Shown one piece after another: positions 1 to 8,546 of a stretch of 64,000 nucleotides of DNA (the stretch's first letter is position 1; every line of letters starts with the position of its first letter). A model generated the notes under the pieces. That model had not been told where the DNA came from. It did no database searches and saw only the letters and a list, made by a program, of their open reading frames with translations. The stretch comes from Leptospiraceae bacterium (lineage in GTDB: Bacteria > Spirochaetota > Leptospiria > Leptospirales > Leptonemataceae): assembly GCA_040217195.1 (NCBI GenBank), contig JAVJNR010000002.1, positions 288,001 through 352,000 on the forward strand, written 5' to 3'. Both the position numbers and the translations under genes were made by a program.

Positions 1-227
1 TAATGCTGCTCATTGGCTGCATCCGTTCGGACAGCGATGGGAGATCGCTCCAGCTCCTCCCGGAAGGCCTGAAAATGGGCCTGTTGCGCTTCGGCGCTTC
101 CTTTCCATTCCTGCTTCAGTCGGGTGCGGTTTAGACTACGGATTCCCGTTCGAATCAAAAAATCAGGCACAATGCCACGGGCCAACATCCGATCTAGAAA
201 TCCCGCCGAGGATTGTTCAGAATTCAT
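1..227 (-). CDS. SAM-dependent methyltransferase, CFA-synthase/coclaurine N-methyltransferase-like (N-terminal part; runs off window)
   Basis: Not in ORF track. Manual translation MNSEQSSAGFLDRMLARGIVPDFLIRTGIRSL...PIAVRTDAANEQHY matches the N-terminal 'VPD-x-LIR-x-GIR...ANEQHY' pattern of this family; SD AAGGAG at 238-243 (alternative ATG at 236). Confidence 0.8.
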   Translation of the reverse strand, partial: MNSEQSSAGFLDRMLARGIVPDFLIRTGIRSLNRTRLKQEWKGSAEAQQAHFQAFREELERSPIAVRTDAANEQH

Positions 228-324
228 CTTTTCCATTCTCCTTTATCTGTATGAGGCAGACTGCCCGGGGGTTGCTCCGGATCCAGGGGCAGATCCGGAA
301 ACCAGATACAGCCAACCTGACCCA

Positions 325-353
325 AATATACCCAGGTTGTCGCGGGTTGTCAA
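325..353 (-). promoter_or_regulatory. sigma70-type promoter for the divergent methyltransferase
   Basis: Minus strand TTGACA (353-348), 17-nt spacer, TATATT (330-325). Confidence 0.7.
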
Positions 354-443
354 AATAAAAGTCCAGGGTTACTAAAAAAGATTGGACGTTTCCTGGTTTT
401 GCTCTTTCATTCGTCTCAGGTTTTAGACTCGATGTAGAAGGTT

Positions 444-1925
444 ATGAGCAACTCCAGCCCTGAAATATTACCAATTCGAACCCGTATGGGTTACGGAGCC
501 GCAGAAATGGGCATTTTTGCGGTGGAGATGATGGTGCGTCTGCATCTGATGAAGTTCTACACCGATGTGGCCGGCTTAAGCGCTGGATTGGCCGGGATGG
601 CCATTGCGGTCGCTATGTTCTGGGATGCCTTTACCGATCCTGTGATGGGAATTCTATCCGACCGAACCACTATGAGAATGGGTAAGAGGAGACCGTACCT
701 ATTGCTGGGGAGTTTTGTCATGGCCCTGGCTTTTCTGGCCACTTTTAGACCTCCCATGCTGGATACAGAATCCGGTCGTTTCATTTTTCTTCTCATAAGC
801 TATATAATTCTGAATACGGCCATGACCGTGTTGGCCGTCCCTCATTCGGCCCTGGGCGGAGAGCTTTCTTTTGATTCAAACGTCAGAACCTCAGTTTTCG
901 CCTTCCGGCTGTTCTTTGGTAATATGGGCTTACTGGCTGGTACGATTCTACCCATTGTATTTTTGGATACCATCGCGCCTGCAATGGGAACCGGAGATAC
1001 TCCCGGTGTAAGAGATCCGGAGGCAGCCACCCAGGCCTATTTCTATGGAGCGGCCGTAATCGCCGGGCTAATTCTGCTGACTGGCTGGGTCAGTTACATG
1101 GCAACCGCGGGTAGAGACCGACCGGCCGAAAAGAGGCCTCCGTTGCGCGGAAAGGCCATTCTGAATGAAATCGGCCGGCTATTCCAGGTTCTGCGAAACC
1201 CTATCTTTGTCGTTCTTCTGGGTGCGTACTTCATCGCCTATGTTGGTGTTTCCATCAATTCTACTCTGGCTCTCTATTACTATGAATACAGGCTCAGACT
1301 GGATAGCGGCTCGGTGGGCATCATTCTGGTAGTTTTTATCATTGTATGGTCTGCATCGCTGGTATTCTGGACCTGGCTTTCACGAAAGGCTGGCAAGAAG
1401 TATCCAGGATTTGCCGGAGTATTCCTTCTCGGACTTGCAACCTGCATTACGTATCCATTCTTTCCTCCTGGCGAAATCCTGTATCCGCTAATCATGTCTG
1501 TGCTCGGAGGTTTCCTCGTAGGGGCCATTGTACTTCTGGATAGTCTGGTAGCTGACATTGTAGATTACGATGAGCTGAAGACAGGTGAACACCGGGAAGG
1601 ACTGTATTTTGGATTCTGGAAAATGGCTATCAAGGCATCCCGGGGAGTGTCCATGGCATTTACCGGAACTCTCCTGGCTGCCATAGGATTCCAGGCAAAT
1701 CAGATTCAGACCGAAGAAGTGAGCAATCGTATTGCAGTACTCTTTGGCCCGGGCGTTGGCGCATTCTTTCTACTGGGAGCCATTATCTTTCTATTTCTTC
1801 CCTACAGCCGGGCCATCCACCACAGGGTTCAGAATCTTCTGGTGCGAAAGAGAGAGCTTCGAAACCGCTTGCGTTCTGGTTCAGCCCACTTCCAATCCTC
1901 TGTGCAAACAGGAGGAACGGTATGA
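444..1925 (+). CDS. MFS transporter, GPH/MelB (glycoside-pentoside-hexuronide) family
   Basis: About 12 hydrophobic segments; motifs WDAFTDPVMG-x-SDRT, GKRRPY, ADIVDYDE-x-TGEHREG. Confidence 0.9.
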   Translation: MSNSSPEILPIRTRMGYGAAEMGIFAVEMMVRLHLMKFYTDVAGLSAGLAGMAIAVAMFWDAFTDPVMGILSDRTTMRMGKRRPYLLLGSFVMALAFLATFRPPMLDTESGRFIFLLISYIILNTAMTVLAVPHSALGGELSFDSNVRTSVFAFRLFFGNMGLLAGTILPIVFLDTIAPAMGTGDTPGVRDPEAATQAYFYGAAVIAGLILLTGWVSYMATAGRDRPAEKRPPLRGKAILNEIGRLFQVLRNPIFVVLLGAYFIAYVGVSINSTLALYYYEYRLRLDSGSVGIILVVFIIVWSASLVFWTWLSRKAGKKYPGFAGVFLLGLATCITYPFFPPGEILYPLIMSVLGGFLVGAIVLLDSLVADIVDYDELKTGEHREGLYFGFWKMAIKASRGVSMAFTGTLLAAIGFQANQIQTEEVSNRIAVLFGPGVGAFFLLGAIIFLFLPYSRAIHHRVQNLLVRKRELRNRLRSGSAHFQSSVQTGGTV

Positions 1926-3775
1926 ACTTGAATGATTTTTTGCAACGTTATCCCTGGTCCAGATGGAACGTGGATCCAGAAAAAGAAAGAATCGTGGAAA
2001 ATCTCTGGATTTTCCCACTGGAAGTTAGTCGAGAAGATTTCTGGCCCTACATAGCAGATACATCCAGAACCAATAGCTTGCTGGGACTTCCAGAAATGAT
2101 TTTCGAAGAGAAGAATGGAAAGCTTTTCGGAAAGACCCGGTATGCAGGCATTCAGCATGAATGGGAAGAGGTGCCCTGGCAATGGCGTCGACCGGAAGAG
2201 CTGATTTCCGTGCGTCTGTACTCAAAGGGATTGGGCAGCATGGTTCGCGGAATTTTCTATCTGGAAGAATCCGGTGAAAACCGGACAAATGTACATATCT
2301 ATTTTGGATGGGTTGCCAGTGGTCTATTTGGCGCTCTATTTCTGAAAATCGGAACCGGAAGAATTAAATCCGGATTCGCAAACGTACTCAAGCAATACGA
2401 AAAAGAAATCCAGAGTTCAAAGACTAAAAAGCCGGCTGCGTTGACAACAATTGAGAAGCCAGTGATTGACCTGGAAGATAAGGCCAGAGCCATCGTGGAT
2501 CAGACGCGAAAGACCTGGGATAAGCAGGCAATTCCAGCGGAAGTGTCCGAGGCCCTGGTTCGAATTGTTACTCGATGGGACGATGTAGACCTGTATCGAA
2601 TTCGTCCATTGTCTCTGGCCGATCAGCTAGGTCTGGACAGCAGGGAGGTGATTCGAGCCTTCCTTTACGGGTGTCAGACAGGGCTATTTAATCTTACCTG
2701 GGACGTTATCTGTCCTCATTGTCGCGGAGTTAGAGAGGAAAAGGGCAGCCTGATGAAATTGGACGCCAGAGGCAGCTGCGACGTATGCGATATAGATTTC
2801 GATGCAACCGGCGAAGACAGTCTGGAAATTACCTTTCATGTCAGCCCATCGGTTCGGGACGTTAAGAAACAGTTCTTCTGTAGTGCAGAACCGGCTCGAA
2901 AGCCGCACATCATTCTGCAAGACCACCTACTTTCTGGAGAAGAGCGGAACGTAAACCTGCAACTGGATTCTGGCAGATACAGAGCAAGGCTCCAGGGAAG
3001 TCAGTCATTTTTCTGGCTCCAGTCCGATGACCTGAGCGGAATTCAAAGATATCGGTGGGAGGCAGGTGCAACGTCGACCGGAGAACCGGTAAGTGTTATC
3101 ACAAGGCCGGTCCTGGAATTAAAGAACTCGGATTCTAAAGCATTAACCTTCGTTGTCGATCGCAGCGATGCAGACAATGAAGTCCTGCGACCGGGGGATT
3201 TGTTTGCTCTGCCAGACTATCGATTACTGTATCCGGATGAAAGGCTCCCGGGAGATCTGAAAATAGACATCGGTGTACAGACCATCCTGTTCACTGATAT
3301 TGTCGGCTCTTCAAAAATGTATAATGAGCTGGGAGATACCGGGGCCTTTAAACGAGTAAGGGACCATTTTGCCTCCATCGGTGAAGTCATAGAATCTGGC
3401 AAGGGAGCGATAATAAAAACAGTAGGCGATGCTGTCTTTGCTGTCTTTGGAAACCAGGTCGATGCGTATCGCGCAGCTCTGGAATTGCGAAAGAGATTCG
3501 CAAGCACCGATGCCGCAGTTCAGATTCGCATATCATTGCATACAGGCCCCTGTCTGGCTGTGAACCTGGATACAGGCATCGATTACTTTGGAAACACTGT
3601 GAACCTGAGTGCCAAGCTTCAGGCATTTGCAGGCGCCGGGCAAATCGCATTCACCGGATCTGCTCTGGAAAGTTCCCTTGTAAGGGAGGAGCTTCGCAGG
3701 GAGGGATTGAGACCACAGGAGGTGGATTTGCCGGAGTCCATGAGCTGGATTCCGGACAAGGTGTACCGGGTATGA
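1922..3775 (+). CDS. Class III adenylate/guanylate cyclase with N-terminal SRPBCC-like region and DUF5939-like Cys4 domain
   Basis: C-terminal LFTDIVGSS, IKTVGDAVFA, ISLHTGP, DYFGNTVN motifs; CPHC...CDVC in the middle; ATGA overlap with the MFS gene. Confidence 0.85.
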   Translation: MNLNDFLQRYPWSRWNVDPEKERIVENLWIFPLEVSREDFWPYIADTSRTNSLLGLPEMIFEEKNGKLFGKTRYAGIQHEWEEVPWQWRRPEELISVRLYSKGLGSMVRGIFYLEESGENRTNVHIYFGWVASGLFGALFLKIGTGRIKSGFANVLKQYEKEIQSSKTKKPAALTTIEKPVIDLEDKARAIVDQTRKTWDKQAIPAEVSEALVRIVTRWDDVDLYRIRPLSLADQLGLDSREVIRAFLYGCQTGLFNLTWDVICPHCRGVREEKGSLMKLDARGSCDVCDIDFDATGEDSLEITFHVSPSVRDVKKQFFCSAEPARKPHIILQDHLLSGEERNVNLQLDSGRYRARLQGSQSFFWLQSDDLSGIQRYRWEAGATSTGEPVSVITRPVLELKNSDSKALTFVVDRSDADNEVLRPGDLFALPDYRLLYPDERLPGDLKIDIGVQTILFTDIVGSSKMYNELGDTGAFKRVRDHFASIGEVIESGKGAIIKTVGDAVFAVFGNQVDAYRAALELRKRFASTDAAVQIRISLHTGPCLAVNLDTGIDYFGNTVNLSAKLQAFAGAGQIAFTGSALESSLVREELRREGLRPQEVDLPESMSWIPDKVYRV

Positions 3776-3783
3776 GGTAGAAT

Positions 3784-4680
3784 ATGAAGTATCTGATTAA
3801 GGATCTCAGTAAATTAACAGGCTTTGACGGTGCCAGGATTCGAAAATGGCAGGAAAGGTATGGCATTCTGCGTCCAGAACGAGGGGCTAATGGCTATTGG
3901 TACTACGGAAATGAAGATTACATAGTGTTGCAGAATATGAAGCGGCTTCTGCAGAAGGGCGAAAAGCTGCAATCTGTGATTTCACTGGGTCGTGATCATC
4001 TGATTGGTATGATGGGTGCGGATGATTTCTCCGAGCATGAAATGTCACTCATTCAAAGAATCTCCTCCAATGAATTCTCCAGTATCGAAGAGGACTTTAA
4101 TGAACTCTATTCGCAGATGCCTTTTGGTCAGTTTGTTCGTGGTCCTATCCGGGACGCTGCAGTACTAACGGGGAGTGCCTGGGAAGCGGGCCTATTGTCC
4201 GTAGCCGAAGAGCATTCATTCTCTCGCTGGCTATTTACTTACATCTATGGAAAGACAGGTGCACTGGGCATTCCATCTGATCCTGTATGGCTGGTTTGTG
4301 TCTTTCCTGGAGATCCCCATGAACTGGGTGCGTTGATGCATTATGCGCTTCTGGTTTCGAAAAGGGTTCCGGCGAAGTACGCAGGGACTCTGTCCATAGA
4401 TCATATTATCGATGAAATTAAGAGGAACGGATACAGAAATCTAAGTCTGTCGATGATCATGCCTCAATCACCAGAAAAGATAGAAAGCATTCGCAGTCGC
4501 ATAAAGGAAAGGACCGGACTGCGAAAGGTTCTGATTGGAGGAAGAGGCTACAGGTCATCTTATTCGTCTGGAGAGGACGGTGATGGTCTTCAGTACTGTG
4601 AGCCGCCAGTGATTAATAAGCGCCGGAAAATCCTCCTGGAAAACATAAATAGATCAATAGAGAGCTCGAAGCAGGACTAG
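3784..4680 (+). CDS. MerR-family regulator with cobalamin-binding domains (CarH/LitR-like)
   Basis: N-terminal MerR HTH (IRKWQERYG-x-LRP-x-R); W133-x9-E143-H144; D177-x-H179-x2-G182; C-terminal LIGGRG. Confidence 0.85.
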   Translation: MKYLIKDLSKLTGFDGARIRKWQERYGILRPERGANGYWYYGNEDYIVLQNMKRLLQKGEKLQSVISLGRDHLIGMMGADDFSEHEMSLIQRISSNEFSSIEEDFNELYSQMPFGQFVRGPIRDAAVLTGSAWEAGLLSVAEEHSFSRWLFTYIYGKTGALGIPSDPVWLVCVFPGDPHELGALMHYALLVSKRVPAKYAGTLSIDHIIDEIKRNGYRNLSLSMIMPQSPEKIESIRSRIKERTGLRKVLIGGRGYRSSYSSGEDGDGLQYCEPPVINKRRKILLENINRSIESSKQD

Positions 4681-4726
4681 AGGAAATTGCGAAATACTTA
4701 ATCAATAGCAATTAGAGGTAAATTGG

Positions 4727-6007
4727 ATGAGGGTAGGAATTGTTGGAAGCGGTATCTCCGGTCTCGGGGCCGCGTATCATTTAAAGACAAGATACGGTCA
4801 TGACGTTGAAATCTTTGAAAAGAACAGTTATGCAGGCGGCCATACCAATACCATACCACTGGAAGAGGATGGTCATCCGGTGGCAGTGGATACAGGTTTC
4901 ATAGTCTTTAATGAACGGACCTATCCAGAACTGATCAAACTATTCGCAGAATTGGATGTGGAGTCCCAGCCAGGGGATATGTCCTTTAGCGTCTGGAATT
5001 TGCGGAATAATCTGCAATGGAGTGGAAACGGTTTCTCAGGTCTCTTTGCTCAGAAGCGAAATCTAATGAATCCCCATTATCTGCGAATGCTTTCATCCGC
5101 GAAGCGCTTTTTTAGTGAAGGTGCGGAAGATACAAACCTGGACCCTGATCTGTCGATTGGGCAGTATCTCGGGGACAGAGGGTATTCTAAATATTTCTGC
5201 GATAATTTTGTAATCCCCATGGCCTCCGCCGTTTGGTCCACTCCTATGAAAGAGATGCTGGGTTTTCCCGCCGGATCTTTGCTGCGCTTCTTCAAGAATC
5301 ATGGAATGCTAGATATTGAGAAGACTGTGATCTGGCGAACGCTTTTGGGCGGTTCCTGGACCTACGTTAAAGCGATTCAGCAAAGAGCGGATCTGAAAAT
5401 TCATCTGAATCAGCCCACCCGAGAAGTGAGAAAAAACGAGGGTGGGGCGATGATTGTTACTGATTCCGGAGAACACCAGTTCGACGCAGTGCTCATGGCC
5501 TGCCATTCGAATCAGGCAATCGGCCTGTTTCCGGGTATGCCGGAAGAGCATCGAAACATTCTGAAGCATTTCAAGTACCAGAAAAACCAGGCCATTTTGC
5601 ATAGCGACGAGCGTGCGATGCCACCAAGAAAGAAGGCCTGGGCTGCCTGGAACTTCAAAGTCACTGAAGATGAGCGGACTTGCACAGTTTACTGGATGAA
5701 TAAGTTGCAGAATCTGCACAAGCAGGGGGCGCAAAGAGAATACTTCGTATCCATCAATGAATTCCAGAACATCGACGAATCCAAAATCCATCGGGTTATC
5801 AACTATGAGCATCCACTGTTTGATGTTCAGGCAGTGAAAAACCAGAAAGAACTTCTTCGAATCAATCAGGAAGGACCGGTCCATTACTGCGGTGCCTATT
5901 TTCGATACGGCTTTCATAAAGATGGACTGTGGTCCGGGCTCCAGGCGGCCAGATCTCTGAATGAGCGGTTGGTAGGTTCGGAGGCTCTTGCAGGACGCGG
6001 AAAGTAG
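4727..6007 (+). CDS. FAD-dependent oxidoreductase, COG2907 / UfaD-like fatty acyl desaturase
   Basis: GSGISGL dinucleotide-binding motif, GGHTNT, VDTGFIVFN-x-RTYP, WAAWN, Y-x-HP, GAYF-x-YGFH-x-DG. Confidence 0.85.
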   Translation: MRVGIVGSGISGLGAAYHLKTRYGHDVEIFEKNSYAGGHTNTIPLEEDGHPVAVDTGFIVFNERTYPELIKLFAELDVESQPGDMSFSVWNLRNNLQWSGNGFSGLFAQKRNLMNPHYLRMLSSAKRFFSEGAEDTNLDPDLSIGQYLGDRGYSKYFCDNFVIPMASAVWSTPMKEMLGFPAGSLLRFFKNHGMLDIEKTVIWRTLLGGSWTYVKAIQQRADLKIHLNQPTREVRKNEGGAMIVTDSGEHQFDAVLMACHSNQAIGLFPGMPEEHRNILKHFKYQKNQAILHSDERAMPPRKKAWAAWNFKVTEDERTCTVYWMNKLQNLHKQGAQREYFVSINEFQNIDESKIHRVINYEHPLFDVQAVKNQKELLRINQEGPVHYCGAYFRYGFHKDGLWSGLQAARSLNERLVGSEALAGRGK

Positions 6008-6027
6008 TCCCGAGTCGAGTATTGTCA

Positions 6028-6966
6028 ATGCAGGATCAGATTCTAAACAGCGTAATGTACAATGCCACTGTGTATCACAGAAGAATGCAGGTGGCCATAC
6101 ATGAGTTTCGCACCAGTATGTATACCTGGTATCTGGATCTGGATGAGCTCGATTCATTGAGCGAGAAGCATCCAATTCTTATTGGAGTGAATCGTTCGGG
6201 AATTTACTCTTACAGGGATTCGGATCACTTCCGATTCTGGAACGCAGAAAGAAAGGAAAATGCGAGCATCAATCCTGCAATTCCGGGAAAGATGCGAAGG
6301 AAGGAAAACTCAAACGCGAATTCAAAGAAGTCGGGAATTTCTGCTGCAGCTACTGGCGCCAGTCAGGTGCGCTCCTGGGTGAATCAGTATTTCCGCGAAA
6401 AGGACCAGCCAGAGCCCCATCGTGTTTTGTTGCTTACGAATCTGAGATATCTAGGTTATGGTTTCAATCCGGTGAGCTTCTATTTTGCTCTGGATCGGAA
6501 AGACCGACTCTATGCAATTCTAGCGGAAGTAAACAACACATTTGGAGAACAGAAGCCGTACTTGATACTGCTGGATAAGCCGGTGGAGGATTCTGAAGAT
6601 AAGCGAATCCATGCCCGGGCCTGGAAGAATTTCTATGTTTCTCCCTTCATCGACCGGGACCGAGAATTCGTTTTTCGCATGAAGAGACCAGGAGAGAAGC
6701 TCAGTCTCGGAATAGATACATACGAATCGGAGCAGCCAGTCTTGAGAGCGGCTTACTCCGGGCGACGAATGGCCATTACCCGAACAAGTATGCTTATGAA
6801 TATGCTTCGCTTTCCGTTTGTAACGATCAAGGTAATAGCACTGATTCACTGGCATGCTTTACGTTTATATCTGAAGAAAGTTCCATTTTTTAGCAAGGAA
6901 TCAACGGACAAACTAATCAGGAAAGATGAAAACAAAAGAAATGAGGTTACCCATGCTGCGGTCTAA
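6028..6966 (+). CDS. DUF1365 family protein (UfaO-like)
   Basis: H-x-R, LDLDEL, GY-x-FNPVSFY, AEVNNTFGE, K-x-FYVSPF, IHWHAL-x-L-x2-KKVPF motifs. Confidence 0.88.
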   Translation: MQDQILNSVMYNATVYHRRMQVAIHEFRTSMYTWYLDLDELDSLSEKHPILIGVNRSGIYSYRDSDHFRFWNAERKENASINPAIPGKMRRKENSNANSKKSGISAAATGASQVRSWVNQYFREKDQPEPHRVLLLTNLRYLGYGFNPVSFYFALDRKDRLYAILAEVNNTFGEQKPYLILLDKPVEDSEDKRIHARAWKNFYVSPFIDRDREFVFRMKRPGEKLSLGIDTYESEQPVLRAAYSGRRMAITRTSMLMNMLRFPFVTIKVIALIHWHALRLYLKKVPFFSKESTDKLIRKDENKRNEVTHAAV

Positions 6967-8245
6967 ACAAACTCCCCAACATTTCCTCAAAGGAAATCGA
7001 CTTCCCCAAAAAGAGATCCAGGATTATCCCCGAGGATTTTATCAATCAGTGTTCCACCGTGTCATGTCCCGGGCTACCAGCGGGCAACTGAATCTAGAAA
7101 TAGGAGATGGAACTCATATATATGGTGAATCCGGCTCAGCGGAGGCGGTAAGTCTACGAGTACTGGATGACAGATTTTTCAAGCACGCCGTGCTGCACGG
7201 AGATATTGGATTCGGTGAAGGTTTTGTAGAAGGTCTATGGGACACAGATGATCTTCATGGAGTGCTGAGCTGGTTTCTGCAGAACGGAGATTCCAATCCT
7301 ACTTTCGCTCAGGGGGCAGCCAAAAGCCTGGTCGTGGGCGGGCTGAATTTTCTGGACAAAGTCGGTCATGCCTTTCGTCGGAATACCCGGCAAGGCAGTC
7401 TTAGAAATATTAGCTATCACTATGATATCTCCAACGATCTGTACAGGCTGATGCTGGATCCAACAATGGCCTATTCTTCTGGCAAATACTCCGAAGGAGT
7501 CAATGATCTGCAGAAGGCTCAGGAAAAGAAATACGAGACTATCTGTCGTAAGCTTGCCCTGAAACCGGATCTGGAGCTGCTTGAAGTGGGCTCCGGCTGG
7601 GGCGGCTTTGCCATATATGCAGCAAAGCACTATGGATGCAAAGTTACTACTGTTACAATTTCGCAGCAGCAGTTTGACTATACCCGGGAATTGATAGAGA
7701 GTGAGGGTATGGAGGATCGTGTTAAGGTTTTGCTTCAGGATTACAGGGATATTGAAGGAACCTATGACCGAATCGTTAGTATTGAAATGGTGGAAGCTCT
7801 GGGTCTTGAATACCACGATACATTCTTCAAGAAAATGAATCAGCTACTTAAAACTCAGGGAATCATGCTAATACAGTGTATAACGTTCCCGGAGAGCTCT
7901 TATGATCGATACGTTCAAAGCATAGATTGGATTGCGAAACACATTTTTCCAGGTTCTCTGTTGCTTTCCCAGTTTGAAGTAATGAAGTCGCTTAAAAGAG
8001 TAACGGATCTCAACATCTATAGCATTGAAAGCCTGGGTCTGAGCTATGCCAGGACTCTGAATGCGTGGTATGAAAGATTCAATGCCAATTTGGAACGGGT
8101 CAGAGAACTGGGTTTTGATGATACGTTCATTCGACTCTGGAATTACTACCTGGCATACTGCGAAGTAGGTTTTGCCAGTCGATACATCAATGATGTTCAC
8201 ATAGTGTTTTCCAGGTCTCAGAATACAGAATTGCCAGACGGTTAA
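6953..8245 (+). CDS. Cyclopropane-fatty-acyl-phospholipid synthase family methyltransferase (UfaM/CfaS-like)
   Basis: HYDISND, MAYSS, LEVGSGWGG (SAM binding), SIEMVEA, HIFPG, WNYYLAYCE-x-GF; start placed after SD GAGGT (alternative 6926). Confidence 0.9.
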   Translation: MLRSKQTPQHFLKGNRLPQKEIQDYPRGFYQSVFHRVMSRATSGQLNLEIGDGTHIYGESGSAEAVSLRVLDDRFFKHAVLHGDIGFGEGFVEGLWDTDDLHGVLSWFLQNGDSNPTFAQGAAKSLVVGGLNFLDKVGHAFRRNTRQGSLRNISYHYDISNDLYRLMLDPTMAYSSGKYSEGVNDLQKAQEKKYETICRKLALKPDLELLEVGSGWGGFAIYAAKHYGCKVTTVTISQQQFDYTRELIESEGMEDRVKVLLQDYRDIEGTYDRIVSIEMVEALGLEYHDTFFKKMNQLLKTQGIMLIQCITFPESSYDRYVQSIDWIAKHIFPGSLLLSQFEVMKSLKRVTDLNIYSIESLGLSYARTLNAWYERFNANLERVRELGFDDTFIRLWNYYLAYCEVGFASRYINDVHIVFSRSQNTELPDG

Positions 8246-8271
8246 AGAGTCTTAGAACAACGGAGGTATCT

Positions 8272-8520
8272 ATGTCGGAAGAAACAGAAGACATGCTTAT
8301 GAAGAGCATGGAATCCCAGCTGATCACTCTCTATGGAGAGCGGGAATTGCTGCTGGAGGAATTGGGTGTATGCAACGCTCAAGAATTGATCGCACTGATT
8401 AAGAGCATGGAAGCGCAACTGGCAGACCTCTACGCTGATAGGGAGAATGCCATTATAATAGATGGAAATCGGATAACGATTTCGGGCCCAAAGAAGATCT
8501 TTGTCCGAAAGAGTAAATAA
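8272..8520 (+). CDS. PYP-associated hypothetical protein with two KSME-x-QL-x2-LY repeats
   Basis: Strong SD GGAGGT; 82-aa ORF; internal repeat; fills the gap between cfa-like gene and pyp. Confidence 0.8.
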   Translation: MSEETEDMLMKSMESQLITLYGERELLLEELGVCNAQELIALIKSMEAQLADLYADRENAIIIDGNRITISGPKKIFVRKSK

Positions 8521-8546
8521 TTCCGCGAAAGGAAAAGGAGAATACA

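Noticed and set aside
124..375. 83-aa plus-strand ORF from the track
   Set aside because: Overlaps the minus-strand methyltransferase and its promoter; no motif; shadow ORF.
5309..6175. Long antisense ORFs (this 288-aa one and similar, e.g. 7235-7816, 48718-49239)
   Set aside because: Fully opposite well-supported genes, with no family motifs; typical antisense shadows.
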